Shown: positions 49,257 to 59,552 of the stretch, piece by piece
Layout: each line of letters starts with the position of its first letter
Numbering within the stretch: the first letter of the stretch is position 1
From: Collinsella sp.
GTDB taxonomy: Bacteria > Actinomycetota > Coriobacteriia > Coriobacteriales > Coriobacteriaceae
Direction of reading: 5' to 3'
Assembly (NCBI GenBank): GCA_036550475.1
Contig: JAXKGH010000062.1
Coordinates: forward strand, 13,835 to 77,834
Length of the DNA stretch: 64,000 bases
Program-made: the position numbers and the translations under genes
The notes under the pieces: model-generated
Databases searched by the model: none
What the model saw: only the letters and a program-made list of their open reading frames with translations
What the model was told of the DNA's origin: nothing

Positions 49257-50606
49257 ATGGATACACCGTTGGGCTCCGTGCTCTACATCACCCTCGGGTG
49301 CGCTAAGAACGAGGTTGACACCGACCGCATGCGTTCTCTTTTGACCGCCGCAGGCTACGAGGAGGCATTCGACCCGCAGGACGCCGATATCGCCATCGTC
49401 AATACATGCTCGTTCCTCGCCTCCGCAACGTCCGAGAGCATCGAGACCACGCTCGAGCTCGCCAACGAGGTTCAGGACGGCGTTCGTTCTTGCCCCATCG
49501 TCATGTGCGGGTGCGTGCCGTCGCGCTATGGCGACGACCTGCCTGACGAGCTGCCAGAGGTCGCGGACTTTGTGAAGGCCGACGAGGAGGACGGCATCGT
49601 GGCGGTCATCGATGGCGTGTTGGGTGTCGAGCGTGAGACCGCAGCCTATATCCCGCAGGTCAAGCGTACCGTCGAGGGTGCTGTCGCCTACGTCAAGATT
49701 TCCGATGGCTGCAACCGCTTCTGCAGCTTCTGCATGATTCCCTACATCCGCGGCCGCTATCATTCGCGCAATGCCGAGAGCATCATCTCCGAGGTGCGCG
49801 ACCTGGTTGCCGGCGGTGTGCGCGAGATCGTGCTGATCGGCCAGGACACGGGCATCTGGGGTACCGACTTTGCCGACGAGGACGTCGCCGATGGCTCGCC
49901 GCGCAATCTGGCGCAGCTGCTGCGTGCCGTCGCCGAGGCCGTGCGCCCGCACAACGTCTGGGTCCGCGTGCTCTATCTGCAGCCCGAGGGCATGACTGAC
50001 GAACTCATCGAGACGATTCGCGATACGCCCGAGGTGCTGCCCTATATCGATATCCCCGTGCAGCACTGCGACGCGCGCATTCTCAAGGCCATGCGTCGCT
50101 CCGGTTCGCGCCAGGAGCTCGAGGATCTGTTCCGCGACCTTCGCGAGCGCATCCCCGGCATCGTGATTCGTTCCACGGCCATGGTCGGCTTCCCGACCGA
50201 GACCGACGACGAGTTCCGCGACCTTATCGACTTTATGGACACCGTCGGCTTTGACTACACGAGTGTCTTTGCCTACTCGCGTGAGGAAGGCAGCCTGGCC
50301 GCCAAGATGGAGGGTCAGGTCGATGAGGAGGTTAAGCTCGAGCGCGCCCAGGAGGCCATGGACCTGGCTGAGTCGCTCGGTTTTGCCGCCACCGCCGCAC
50401 ATGTGGGCGAGCGCGCCCAGGTGATCGTCGACGGTATCGAAGAGACCGAGGATGGCGCCGAGCTGATCGGCCATGCCTGGTTCCAGGCGCCCGATTCTGA
50501 TGGCGCGGTTCACTTGGACGCCAGCGAGGCGTCCGTGGGCGATATTCTGACGGTCGAGTTTACCGATAGCTTCTGCTATGAGCTTATCGGTCATGTTGTG
50601 GAGTAG
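49257..50606 (+). CDS. rimO: Ribosomal protein S12 methylthiotransferase RimO
   Basis: LGCAKNEVD, NTCSFL, YVKISDGCNRFCSFCMIP, WVRVLY and QAPDSDG motifs. Confidence 0.94.
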   Translation: MDTPLGSVLYITLGCAKNEVDTDRMRSLLTAAGYEEAFDPQDADIAIVNTCSFLASATSESIETTLELANEVQDGVRSCPIVMCGCVPSRYGDDLPDELPEVADFVKADEEDGIVAVIDGVLGVERETAAYIPQVKRTVEGAVAYVKISDGCNRFCSFCMIPYIRGRYHSRNAESIISEVRDLVAGGVREIVLIGQDTGIWGTDFADEDVADGSPRNLAQLLRAVAEAVRPHNVWVRVLYLQPEGMTDELIETIRDTPEVLPYIDIPVQHCDARILKAMRRSGSRQELEDLFRDLRERIPGIVIRSTAMVGFPTETDDEFRDLIDFMDTVGFDYTSVFAYSREEGSLAAKMEGQVDEEVKLERAQEAMDLAESLGFAATAAHVGERAQVIVDGIEETEDGAELIGHAWFQAPDSDGAVHLDASEASVGDILTVEFTDSFCYELIGHVVE

Positions 50607-50615
50607 GAGAGCGTC

Positions 50616-51254
50616 GTGGCTAACGAGAGCAATAAGGAACTGACGAGTGTTTGGACGCCCGCCAACATCGTGACGTGCGTTCGCATCGTCTTTATCCCGG
50701 TGTTCATGATCGTGTCGGCGCTTTCTCACACGAGTGTTGCCGGTACGGATTGGAGCACCTTCGACGGCCCGCTCGCCGCCGCTGCCTTCATTCTGTACGT
50801 GATCCTGTCGTGCACCGATAAGGTCGACGGTTATCTGGCGCGTTCGCGCAACGAGATCACCGACTTCGGTAAATTCTTGGACCCCATCGCCGATAAGCTG
50901 CTCGTGTTCTCGGCCCTGCTGCTGTTCTTGGATTTTGGCGCGGTGACCGTGTGGTCCGTGTTCATTATCCTGTTCCGTGAGCTTCTGGTGAGCGCCCTTC
51001 GCATGGTTGCGAGTGCGGCCGGTGTGGTCGTTGCGGCCGATAAGCTCGGCAAGTACAAGACGGCAACCACGATGGTCTCCATCTGCGGTTACCTGTGCGT
51101 TTTTGCGATGGCCGGCTTGCACCTTGGCCCGGTGGCCCTGACGCTCGGCATCTACTCGGTGTCGCGCTTCCTGTATGCCGTTGCCGTTGTCTTGACCGTT
51201 ATCTCGGGCGCCCAGTACTTCTGGAACTGCCGCAAGATAGTCTTTTCCGTCTAG
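50616..51254 (+). CDS. pgsA: CDP-diacylglycerol--glycerol-3-phosphate 3-phosphatidyltransferase
   Basis: TDKVDGYLAR..ITDFGKFLDPIADK CDP-alcohol phosphotransferase motif. Confidence 0.95.
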   Translation: MANESNKELTSVWTPANIVTCVRIVFIPVFMIVSALSHTSVAGTDWSTFDGPLAAAAFILYVILSCTDKVDGYLARSRNEITDFGKFLDPIADKLLVFSALLLFLDFGAVTVWSVFIILFRELLVSALRMVASAAGVVVAADKLGKYKTATTMVSICGYLCVFAMAGLHLGPVALTLGIYSVSRFLYAVAVVLTVISGAQYFWNCRKIVFSV

Positions 51255-51266
51255 GTCCTGGTAGGC

Positions 51267-51797
51267 ATGACGGAATCATTTGAGCAGATTGCCGCGCATA
51301 ACGAAGAGCTCGCACGCGATATTGTCGAGCGTGCAAGCTTTCGTGGTGTGACGGTTTCGACGGCTGAATCTCTGACAGCTGGCATGATCGCCTCGACGAT
51401 CGCCGATATCCCTGGTGCCTCGGCGGTGCTGCGTGGCGGTGCGGTGACCTACTGCGATGAGATTAAGCATCGCGTGCTGGGTGTTGAGCAGGAGACGCTC
51501 GACCGCTACACTGCGGTGTCGCATCAGACTGCGCGCGAGATGGCGTCGGGTTCGCTGGAGCTGTACCAGAGCGATATTGCAGTGAGCGCAACGGGTTATG
51601 CCGGCCCCGGCGGTGGCACTGAGGACGATCCGGCGGGCACTTTCTATATTGGCTGGGCGCATCGTTCCGCCGATGGGGGCGTGCCGGTCGTGGACTCTGT
51701 GCGCTGCCACTATGAGGGTGACCGTTCGTGTGTTCGTGCCCATGCGGTCACGGAGGCATTGGGTCGCATTGCCCTTGTGCTCAACTCTATGGAATAG
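51267..51797 (+). CDS. cinA: CinA C-terminal / PncC family NMN deamidase
   Basis: TAESLTAG, PGAS, AVS and TGYAGPGG motifs; pgsA-cinA-recA synteny. Confidence 0.9.
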   Translation: MTESFEQIAAHNEELARDIVERASFRGVTVSTAESLTAGMIASTIADIPGASAVLRGGAVTYCDEIKHRVLGVEQETLDRYTAVSHQTAREMASGSLELYQSDIAVSATGYAGPGGGTEDDPAGTFYIGWAHRSADGGVPVVDSVRCHYEGDRSCVRAHAVTEALGRIALVLNSME

Positions 51798-51995
51798 ACA
51801 TGTTTTAAGGGGCCTTAGGGCCCCTTAATTGTGGAGATAGGGACCTCTGACAAATTTAGCGTTTGTGCTGGTTGTAGATGTATTTTTGCCTGCCTTGTTC
51901 ATATTTGGTCCTTTGTGGTCAAGCATTTGGTCAGTGTTTGGTCGGCGTTTGGTTGGGTTTTGGAAAGACCGCCTGCATATGATTGGCCTGAACGG

Positions 51996-52024
51996 TTGAC
52001 CACGAACAGCCGTTCGTTTATTAT
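51996..52024 (+). promoter_or_regulatory. recA promoter with LexA (Cheo-type) box between -35 and -10
   Basis: TTGACC-N17-TATTAT; CGAAC-AGCC-GTTCG at 52003-52016. Confidence 0.88.
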
Positions 52025-52054
52025 CGATGCAGGTTGTTAAGAGGAGGGCTATTC

Positions 52055-53203
52055 ATGGCCAAGAATTCAGGTCCCGTACGTACCGTTCATGCTCGCACGA
52101 CGGGTAAAGAGCGCGATGAGATGATCGCCACCACCAAGGCCGAGATCGAGAAGAAATTCGGCCAGGGTTCCATCATGAGGTACGGCGACGGTGGTCCCGA
52201 GCTCGAGGTCGAGGCCATCCCTACGGGCGCTCTGGCACTCGATGCCGCTCTGGGTATCGGCGGTGTGCCGCGCGGACGTATCGTCGAGATTTACGGTCCT
52301 GAGTCCTCCGGTAAGACTACGCTTTCGCTCGAGATTTTGGCAGAGGCCCAGGCTATGGGTGGCGTTGTGGCATTTATCGATGCCGAGCACGCGCTTGATC
52401 CCACGTATGCCGCGCGCATCGGCGTGGATATCGACGAGGTGCTCATTTCCCAGCCCGATACGGGCGAGCAGGCGCTTGAGATTGTTGACATGCTCGTGCG
52501 TTCCGGCGCCATCGATGCCATCGTCGTCGACTCCGTCGCCGCGCTGACCCCGCGTGCCGAGATCGAGGGAGAGATCGGCGACACTACGGTCGGTCTTCAG
52601 GCTCGCCTGATGAGCCAGGCGCTCCGCAAGCTCGCCGGCTCGCTGTCCAAGTCCAACACGACGTGCATCTTCATTAACCAGCTGCGTGAGAAGATCGGCG
52701 TCATGTTCGGCAACCCCGAGACTACGACGGGCGGCCGCGCCCTTAAGTTCTTCTCTTCGGTGCGTATCGACATTCGCCGTATCGACAGCATTAAGCTTAA
52801 GGACGAGGTTATCGGTAACCGCGTGCGCGCCAAGGTCGTTAAGAACAAGGTGGCAGCTCCGTTCCGTTCTGCTGAGTTCGACATCATGTACGGTACGGGC
52901 ATCTCTAAGGAGGGCTCGATTCTGGACATGGCTGTCGAGTGCGGCATCTGCAAGAAGATGGGCTCCTGGTTTGCCTATGGCGAGGACAAGCTCGGCAACG
53001 GTCGCGAGGCCGCCAAGGCGTTCCTGCGCGAACACCCCGATTGCGCTGACGAGATTGAGCATAAGGTCCGCCTTGCCTGCGGGCTTGAGTTTGATGACGA
53101 TGCTCCGTCCGAGGTGGAGCTGACCGATCAGCCTGCGCCTGAGGAGTTTGACGAGCTTTACGCTATCGATGGTTCCGCCATGCTCGATGATGACGACGAG
53201 TAG
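52055..53203 (+). CDS. recA: Recombinase RecA
   Basis: [28 protein letters not shown] and KVVKNKVA motifs. Confidence 0.99.
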   Translation: MAKNSGPVRTVHARTTGKERDEMIATTKAEIEKKFGQGSIMRYGDGGPELEVEAIPTGALALDAALGIGGVPRGRIVEIYGPESSGKTTLSLEILAEAQAMGGVVAFIDAEHALDPTYAARIGVDIDEVLISQPDTGEQALEIVDMLVRSGAIDAIVVDSVAALTPRAEIEGEIGDTTVGLQARLMSQALRKLAGSLSKSNTTCIFINQLREKIGVMFGNPETTTGGRALKFFSSVRIDIRRIDSIKLKDEVIGNRVRAKVVKNKVAAPFRSAEFDIMYGTGISKEGSILDMAVECGICKKMGSWFAYGEDKLGNGREAAKAFLREHPDCADEIEHKVRLACGLEFDDDAPSEVELTDQPAPEEFDELYAIDGSAMLDDDDE

Positions 53204-53214
53204 CGGTTACGCTC

Positions 53215-53907
53215 ATGTCGTATACGGTGACCGAGGCCACGGTCGTCTATCCCGATAAGAAGGCGGCCTCCTCGTTCTCGAGCGGATATGCGTCCAAAAA
53301 GCCTTGCGCACATATCGATTGTGAGCTTGAGGGCGGTTTTGAGCGGTCCATTTGGATTCCCGTGCGGGTTGCGCGCCTGTATGTCAAAAACCGCCCCGAT
53401 CTTCCCTGTGATTGGGACAACTTTCGTGAGGCGGTGCAGCTCATCGAGCGTAAATGTGCACTTACCATGGTGACCGAGATGTTATCGCGCCGCGACCATG
53501 CGACGGGTGAGGTCCGTGACAAGCTGGCTCGCTACGGCTTTCGCCAACCCGCGATCGATTTCGCCGTCGAGCGCGCCACCGAGTATCGCTTTTTAGACGA
53601 GAACCGCTTTTGCTCGTACTTTATCGAGGAACGCAAGCGGCGCGGTTGGGGACAGCGCAAAATCGAGACCGAGCTCAAGCGCCGTCATGTCGTGCTCGAT
53701 GACATTCCCGGTTATCCCGAGGATTATTTTGCCGTCGAAGACGATTTGGCGCGTGCGTCAGCCCTGCTCGCCAAGCGGCGTGTTCCAGAGACGCGCGGAT
53801 TCGAAAAACTGGTTCGGTTTTTGATGGGCAAGGGCTTCTCGTATCACATCGCCGCCGATGCCGTTAAGGCACGTCTCGATGCCGAATGCGAGGAATGTGC
53901 GGTTTAG
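53215..53907 (+). CDS. recX: RecX regulatory protein
   Basis: LSRRDHATGEVRDKL, LDENRF, GQRKIETEL and RFLMGKGF segments; follows recA. Confidence 0.9.
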   Translation: MSYTVTEATVVYPDKKAASSFSSGYASKKPCAHIDCELEGGFERSIWIPVRVARLYVKNRPDLPCDWDNFREAVQLIERKCALTMVTEMLSRRDHATGEVRDKLARYGFRQPAIDFAVERATEYRFLDENRFCSYFIEERKRRGWGQRKIETELKRRHVVLDDIPGYPEDYFAVEDDLARASALLAKRRVPETRGFEKLVRFLMGKGFSYHIAADAVKARLDAECEECAV

Positions 53908-53969
53908 GCGTATGCGTTTTGTGGTCCTGCCGTTCACCGCGTTTTAGCCGCCGTACTGGGGCCATTTAT

Positions 53970-53998
53970 TTGACAGTTGTTGTGGTTCAACGTACGAT
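53970..53998 (+). promoter_or_regulatory. Sigma70-type promoter of rny
   Basis: TTGACA-N17-TACGAT. Confidence 0.75.
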
Positions 53999-54158
53999 AA
54001 ACACTGTCATTTGCTTTGTGATATGTGCTCATCTGTGATGAGTTTGTTTATATGTTTATCTGTATCCGACCCGCATAAGCTGCGCCCATATTACTCAAAT
54101 GTCGCGAGCCGTTCGTAAGGACGGTTCGTTTTGTTGTGTAACGAATCCATAAAAAGGA

Positions 54159-55715
54159 GTGAGCATGCCTATCATCGCAGCGCTCGTTGGCATCGTTTTG
54201 GGTGCCATCGCCGCCATTGCCTACATGCGCACCGCCAAGCAGGGTAGTCTTCATGAGGCCGACGAAGAGATCCAGTCGGCACACGCACAGGCTGAGTCCC
54301 TGATCGGCGATGCAAAGCGTCAGGCCGAGACCCTCAAAAAAGAGGCTCTGCTCGAGGCTAAAGAGGAGATCATCAAGAACAAGCAGGCCGCCGAGGCCGA
54401 GGACAAGCAGCGTAAGAGCGAGATTCGTACGCTCGAGAACCGCGTGATGCAGCGCGAGGAATCCCTTGATCGCCGCAACGACGCTCTCGACAAGCGCGAG
54501 CATCAGCTGTCCAGCCAGGCCGGTCAGGTCGAGAAGCGCTCCCGCGAGCTCGAGGAGCTCTGCGCAAAGCAGACCTCCGAGCTCGAGCGCATCGCCGACC
54601 TTACCCGCGAGGACGCCCACAAGGAGCTCCTCGATAAGGTTCGCGGCGAGGTCACCCACGAGGCCGCCACGATCATTCGCGAGTCTGAGCAGCAGGTTCG
54701 CGCCGAGTGCCACAAGACCGCCCAGGAGATTCTGTCCCTGGCGATTCAGCGCTGCGCTGCCGACCACACTGCCGAGGTCACCGTTACCTCCGTGCACATT
54801 CCCTCTGATGACCTCAAGGGCCGTATCATCGGTCGTGAGGGTCGCAACATCCGGACCTTCGAGCAGGTTTCCGGCGTCAACCTCGTGATCGACGACACGC
54901 CCGAGACCGTCGTTCTTTCGAGCTTCGACCCAGTCCGTCGCGAGACCGCCCGTGTCGCCCTCGAGAACCTCATCGCCGACGGCCGCATTCATCCCGCCCG
55001 TATTGAGGAGATGTATCACAAGGCTGCCGACCTGGTTCAGCAGCGCGTGCGCGAGGCTGGCGAGCAGGCTGCCTTCGATACCGGCATTCACGACCTGCAC
55101 CCCGAGATCGTCAAGACCCTTGGTGCCCTGCGCTATCGTACTTCGTTTGGTCAGAACGTGCTTCAGCACTCCCTCGAGGTCTCTGACCTGTGCGGCGTGA
55201 TGGCTTCCGAGCTTGGCCTGGATGTTGTGACCGCTAAGCGCGCTGGCCTGCTGCACGACCTGGGCAAGGCAATCGACCACGACGTCGAGGGCCCGCATGC
55301 CGTCATCGGCGCCGAGCTTGCCCGTCGTTATGGCGAGAAGCCCGTTATCGTCCACGCTATCGAGGCTCACCATGCCGATGTTGACCCCAACACGGTGCTC
55401 GATGTCCTGGTACAGGCCGCCGATGCCGTCTCCGCCTCTCGCCCCGGTGCCCGTCGCGAGTCTGCCGAGAACTACATCAAGCGCCTTGAGAAGCTCGAGG
55501 AGATCGCCAACTCCCATGACGGCGTCGAGCGTACCTATGCCATGCAGGCTGGTCGCGAGGTCCACGTCATGGTTCAGCCGGACAAGATCTCCGATGCCCA
55601 GTCCACGGTCCTGGCCCACGATATCGCCCATCAGATCGAGGAAGAGATGGAGTATCCCGGTCAGGTGCGCGTCGTCGTGATTCGCGAGAGCCGCGCTGTC
55701 GATATCGCTAAATAA
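54159..55715 (+). CDS. rny: Ribonuclease Y
   Basis: N-terminal TM, coiled coil, KH ([13 protein letters not shown]), HD (LLHDLGK), SASRPGAR. Confidence 0.97.
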   Translation: MSMPIIAALVGIVLGAIAAIAYMRTAKQGSLHEADEEIQSAHAQAESLIGDAKRQAETLKKEALLEAKEEIIKNKQAAEAEDKQRKSEIRTLENRVMQREESLDRRNDALDKREHQLSSQAGQVEKRSRELEELCAKQTSELERIADLTREDAHKELLDKVRGEVTHEAATIIRESEQQVRAECHKTAQEILSLAIQRCAADHTAEVTVTSVHIPSDDLKGRIIGREGRNIRTFEQVSGVNLVIDDTPETVVLSSFDPVRRETARVALENLIADGRIHPARIEEMYHKAADLVQQRVREAGEQAAFDTGIHDLHPEIVKTLGALRYRTSFGQNVLQHSLEVSDLCGVMASELGLDVVTAKRAGLLHDLGKAIDHDVEGPHAVIGAELARRYGEKPVIVHAIEAHHADVDPNTVLDVLVQAADAVSASRPGARRESAENYIKRLEKLEEIANSHDGVERTYAMQAGREVHVMVQPDKISDAQSTVLAHDIAHQIEEEMEYPGQVRVVVIRESRAVDIAK

Positions 55716-55716
55716 C

Positions 55717-56802
55717 ATGAGCGACGCGAACGAGCTCATCTCATTTATCGCGTCGATGTCGGGGGAGGGCAACCTTCGCGTCGAGGAGAACCTTGGCGAG
55801 GGGTATGTCCGCCTCCGCGTTTCGGAGGCCGAGCGGCGCCAGGCAAAGCACGACATTCAGCATGTCGAGGATATCGTCATCGAAATGCTCCGTAATGCTC
55901 GCGATGCCGGCGCCGACAAGGTCTATCTCGCCACGACCAAGGAAGATGGCGTCCGCACGCTTGTCTTTCTGGATAACGGCTCGGGTGTTCCGCAGGATAT
56001 GCAAGAGCGAATCTTCGATGCCCGCGTTACCTCAAAGCTCGAGAGCATGAAGATGGACCGTTGGGGCGTTCACGGTCGTGGCATGGCATTGTTTTCGGTC
56101 AAGCAGAACACCGACGAGGCCCGTGTGGTCACGTCCGGCGTCGATCTTGGTTCAGCCTTTAAGGTGAGCGTTGCGGCCGATCGCCTTAGTGAGCGTGCCG
56201 ATCAGTCCAGCTGGCCCCAGGCCGTCAAGGATGAGGACGGACGTTATGTCTGTGCTCGCGGTCCGCATAATATTATTCGCGCTGCCTGTGAGTTTGCGCT
56301 CGAGGAGCTGCGTGGTTGCGATGTCTATCTTGGTTCTCCGTCTGAGATTGCCGCGACCCTTTATGCTCAGGCGTCAAGTCGGCTCGATACGTCTCGTCTC
56401 CTGTTTATTGATGACGAGAGTGAGCTTCCGGTTGTCGATCGTTTAGGCCTTGCCTCTGATGCCGAGGACTTTATCCGTATCTGCTCGGGTTTGGGTCTTG
56501 AGATGTCCGAGCGCACGGCACATCGCATTTTGGCAGGGCAGATTAAGCCCGTTCGCGGTGTGACTGCGCGTCTGCTGCGCGAGCGTGATTCGTCCTCGCA
56601 TGCGCCGGCTCCTGTCGATCTCGCGAAGGATCGTCGCGGGCTACGTATTGCTAAGGATGACATGGCACAGTTTTCGCGTGCTGTGGAGCGTGACTTTAAT
56701 GACCTTGCCGCCCGGTACTATCTCAACCTTTGCGGCGACCCAAAGATTCGCGTTTCGCGTGATCGAATCACTGTGACCTTCGATCTTGCCAAAGAGGAAT
56801 AG
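55717..56802 (+). CDS. Stand-alone GHKL (HATPase_c) ATPase of unknown function
   Basis: N box EMLRNARDA, G1 DNGSG, G2 HGRGMALF; no sensor or HisKA domain visible. Confidence 0.8.
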   Translation: MSDANELISFIASMSGEGNLRVEENLGEGYVRLRVSEAERRQAKHDIQHVEDIVIEMLRNARDAGADKVYLATTKEDGVRTLVFLDNGSGVPQDMQERIFDARVTSKLESMKMDRWGVHGRGMALFSVKQNTDEARVVTSGVDLGSAFKVSVAADRLSERADQSSWPQAVKDEDGRYVCARGPHNIIRAACEFALEELRGCDVYLGSPSEIAATLYAQASSRLDTSRLLFIDDESELPVVDRLGLASDAEDFIRICSGLGLEMSERTAHRILAGQIKPVRGVTARLLRERDSSSHAPAPVDLAKDRRGLRIAKDDMAQFSRAVERDFNDLAARYYLNLCGDPKIRVSRDRITVTFDLAKEE

Positions 56803-56876
56803 TGCCTTTACCGAGTCCACTCGGTACGATACAGTTATTGCAGTTAAAACGTACTTATAAACGCAGGAGTTTTTTC

Positions 56877-57194
56877 ATGGATTGCCTGAAGGTATCAAGC
56901 AAATCATCGCCCGCGTCCGTTGCCGGCGCTATCGCCGGCATGGTCAAGGATGGTGTACCCGTCAACATCCAGTGTGTCGGCGCCGGTGCTGTCAACCAGG
57001 CCATTAAGGCTGTGGCAATCGCGCGCGGTTTTTTGATTCCAACCGGTTTTGATATTTCCTGCGCGCCCGTGTTCTCCGACATCCTCATTAACGGGGAGTC
57101 GCGCACGGCCATCCGCCTTTCTATCTACGTTCACCAGATCAATCGAGCCGCTATGGATAACGTCGTCATGGATGATGTTAAGCCTGTGGCATAG
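56877..57194 (+). CDS. spoVS: SpoVS family protein
   Basis: LKVSSKSSPASVAGAIA and GAGAVNQAIKAVAIARGF motifs; AGGAG RBS. Confidence 0.95.
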   Translation: MDCLKVSSKSSPASVAGAIAGMVKDGVPVNIQCVGAGAVNQAIKAVAIARGFLIPTGFDISCAPVFSDILINGESRTAIRLSIYVHQINRAAMDNVVMDDVKPVA

Positions 57195-57237
57195 CTTCTG
57201 CTTGCCTCGATTCGCCTCCCTTCCATCGTTAGGACTT

Positions 57238-58614
57238 ATGCACATGGACCAGCGTTCCGTACGCGATATTCTTGCCGGTAAAACCTACTTTATCCGCACC
57301 TTTGGCTGCCAGATGAATCAGCACGATTCCGAGCGCGTGAGCGGTCTGCTCGATTCGTATGGTTGCCTCATGGCGCTCGATCCCGAGCATGCCGATATCG
57401 TTGTCTTCATGACATGCTGTGTGCGTGAGGCCGCCGATACTCGCCTGTACGGTCAGTGCAATTCCTGCAAAAGCCTGCCGCCTTCGCCTTCGGGCAAGCG
57501 TGTGGTTGCTGTTGGTGGTTGCATCGCGCAGCGCGATGGCGAGGGCCTGCTCACCAACGTCGATAACGTCAATGTTATCTTTGGCACGCATTCCATCGCG
57601 CATGTGGCCGAGCTCATTGCCGAGGCGTTCCTTGATGGTAAGCGTCATATCCGCACCAATGAGCATGAGGATACGGATGCCATGAGCATGCCGTGGCATC
57701 GCGTGACCCAGTATCACGCTTGGGTGCCCATCATGACGGGCTGCAATAATTTCTGCACCTATTGCATCGTTCCGTACGTGCGCGGTCGCGAAAAGAGCCG
57801 CCCCTTCGAGGAGATTGTCGACGAGGTGACTGGTTTGGTGCGCCAGGGCGTGCGTGAGATTACGCTGCTGGGTCAAAACGTTAACTCATATGGTCGCGAT
57901 CTGTTTGGTAAGCCGCGTTTTGCCGATCTGCTGCGTGCCGTGGGCGATACGGGTGTGGAGCGCATCTTCTTTACGTCTTCGCATCCCAAGGATCTGCTGC
58001 CCGAGACCATCGACGCCATGGCCGAAACGCCTGCCGTTATGCCGCAGCTGCACTTGGCCGTCCAGTCAGGTTCGACGCGGATCCTCAAAGAGATGAATCG
58101 CCGTTATACACGCGAGGACTATTTGGGCCTGGTCGATCGCATTCGCAACCGTATGCCCGATATCGCGCTCTCGACCGACATTATCGTTGGCTTCCCGGGT
58201 GAGACTGAAGAAGACTTTGAGCAGACGCTTTCACTTGCCGAGACGGTCCGCTATGCCCAGGCCTATACCTTCATCTATTCCAAGCGCGCCGGTACCCCGG
58301 CCGCAGAGATTGACGATCCTACGCCGCATGAGGTTATTCTCGAGCGTTTCAACCGCCTGGTTAAGGTTATCGAGACCACGGCACATGAGTATAACCAGGG
58401 TGAGCTTCATACTGTGGTGCCGGCGCTCATTGAGGGCACGAGCAAGAAGAACGATGCGGTCCTGCTGGGCAAGAGTCCCAAGAATCAGACCGTGCATGCG
58501 CCTATCCCCGAGGGTTACAGCATCGATCAGCTTGTTGGCAAGATCGTTGATGTTGACGTTGATGTTGCCAAGACCTGGTATTTGTCCGGCTCCATTGTGG
58601 GCGAGCTGCGCTAA
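57238..58614 (+). CDS. miaB: tRNA-2-methylthio-N6-isopentenyladenosine synthase MiaB
   Basis: TFGCQMNQHDSE, GCNNFCTYCIVPYVRGRE and LLGQNVNSYG motifs; next to miaA. Confidence 0.95.
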   Translation: MHMDQRSVRDILAGKTYFIRTFGCQMNQHDSERVSGLLDSYGCLMALDPEHADIVVFMTCCVREAADTRLYGQCNSCKSLPPSPSGKRVVAVGGCIAQRDGEGLLTNVDNVNVIFGTHSIAHVAELIAEAFLDGKRHIRTNEHEDTDAMSMPWHRVTQYHAWVPIMTGCNNFCTYCIVPYVRGREKSRPFEEIVDEVTGLVRQGVREITLLGQNVNSYGRDLFGKPRFADLLRAVGDTGVERIFFTSSHPKDLLPETIDAMAETPAVMPQLHLAVQSGSTRILKEMNRRYTREDYLGLVDRIRNRMPDIALSTDIIVGFPGETEEDFEQTLSLAETVRYAQAYTFIYSKRAGTPAAEIDDPTPHEVILERFNRLVKVIETTAHEYNQGELHTVVPALIEGTSKKNDAVLLGKSPKNQTVHAPIPEGYSIDQLVGKIVDVDVDVAKTWYLSGSIVGELR

Positions 58615-59552
58615 TGGTTTCTTCCGGGGCAGGTCTTTCCGCCGTTGCGATCGTCGGTCCGACGGCGGTTGGTAAGAGTGATGTTGCCGACCGTTTGGCC
58701 GCTCGTCTTTCGTCCGAAGTACTGTCGTGCGATGCGATGCAAATCTATCGCGGCATGGACATCGGTACCGCAAAGATGGCGCCCGATGAGTGTACGGCGC
58801 CGCTGCGTCTCGTCGACATTGTAGAGCTGGGTGTGGCATATTCTGCTGCGCTTTATCAGGCTGACGCTCGCGCGCATGTTGAGCGCTTGCTTGGCGAGGG
58901 CCGCCTACCGGTGTTTTGCGGGGGTACGGGGCTGTATCTCAAGGCCGCCCTCGATGAGATGGACTTTCCCTCGGGTGAACTTGAGGACGATCGCCGTGCG
59001 GGCTATCAGGAGCTTGCCGAGCGTATTGGCGAGGAAGAACTGCATGCCCTGCTTGCCGAGCGCGACCCAGAATCTGCTGCTGTTATTCATCCCCATAACG
59101 TGCGCCGTGTGATTCGTGCGCTCGAGATGCATGATGATGGTATCTCCTATGCACAGCAAAAAAGTCAGTTTAGTGTTCCGCGCGAGCATTATCATGCTCT
59201 ATGGTTTGGTCTGACGCGTAATCGCGATGTGCTCTACGAGCGCATTAACCTGCGTGTCGATCTGATGTTTGAACAGGGTCTTGTTGACGAGGTTCGCGGT
59301 CTTATGGACCAGGGGCTGGGAGATGCCCTGACTTCGATGCAGGCAATTGGCTATAAAGAGATTATCGATGCTTTCAATGGCGTGATTTCTATGGATGAGG
59401 CTCGCGAACTCATCAAGATGCGTTCGCGTCGCTATGCCAAACGTCAGCTTTCGTGGTTTAAACGCGATGACCGCATCGTGTGGTTCGATATGGACGAGTT
59501 TACGATCGATGAGGTCGTTGAGGACATCCTGCATTGTATTGAGGCTGCCTAA
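58614..59552 (+). CDS. miaA: tRNA dimethylallyltransferase
   Basis: GPTAVGKS, DAMQIYRGMDIGTAK, GGTGLY and RRYAKRQLSWF motifs. Confidence 0.97.
   Translation: MVSSGAGLSAVAIVGPTAVGKSDVADRLAARLSSEVLSCDAMQIYRGMDIGTAKMAPDECTAPLRLVDIVELGVAYSAALYQADARAHVERLLGEGRLPVFCGGTGLYLKAALDEMDFPSGELEDDRRAGYQELAERIGEEELHALLAERDPESAAVIHPHNVRRVIRALEMHDDGISYAQQKSQFSVPREHYHALWFGLTRNRDVLYERINLRVDLMFEQGLVDEVRGLMDQGLGDALTSMQAIGYKEIIDAFNGVISMDEARELIKMRSRRYAKRQLSWFKRDDRIVWFDMDEFTIDEVVEDILHCIEAA

Noticed and set aside
48702..51122. 806-aa - strand ORF opposite yajQ-rimO-pgsA
   Set aside because: Antisense shadow across three in-frame genes; no recognisable domain.
51805..51828. TTAAGGGGCC-TTAG-GGCCCCTTAA as a remnant of the long hairpin elements
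   Set aside because: No core sequence remains; it is more simply a short cinA terminator.
56877..57194. spoVS as evidence of sporulation
   Set aside because: SpoVS homologs occur in non-sporulating bacteria, and no other sporulation genes are in the window.
34292..58614. Three radical-SAM methylthiotransferases as a special cluster
   Set aside because: MtaB, RimO and MiaB each lie in their usual conserved neighbourhoods.
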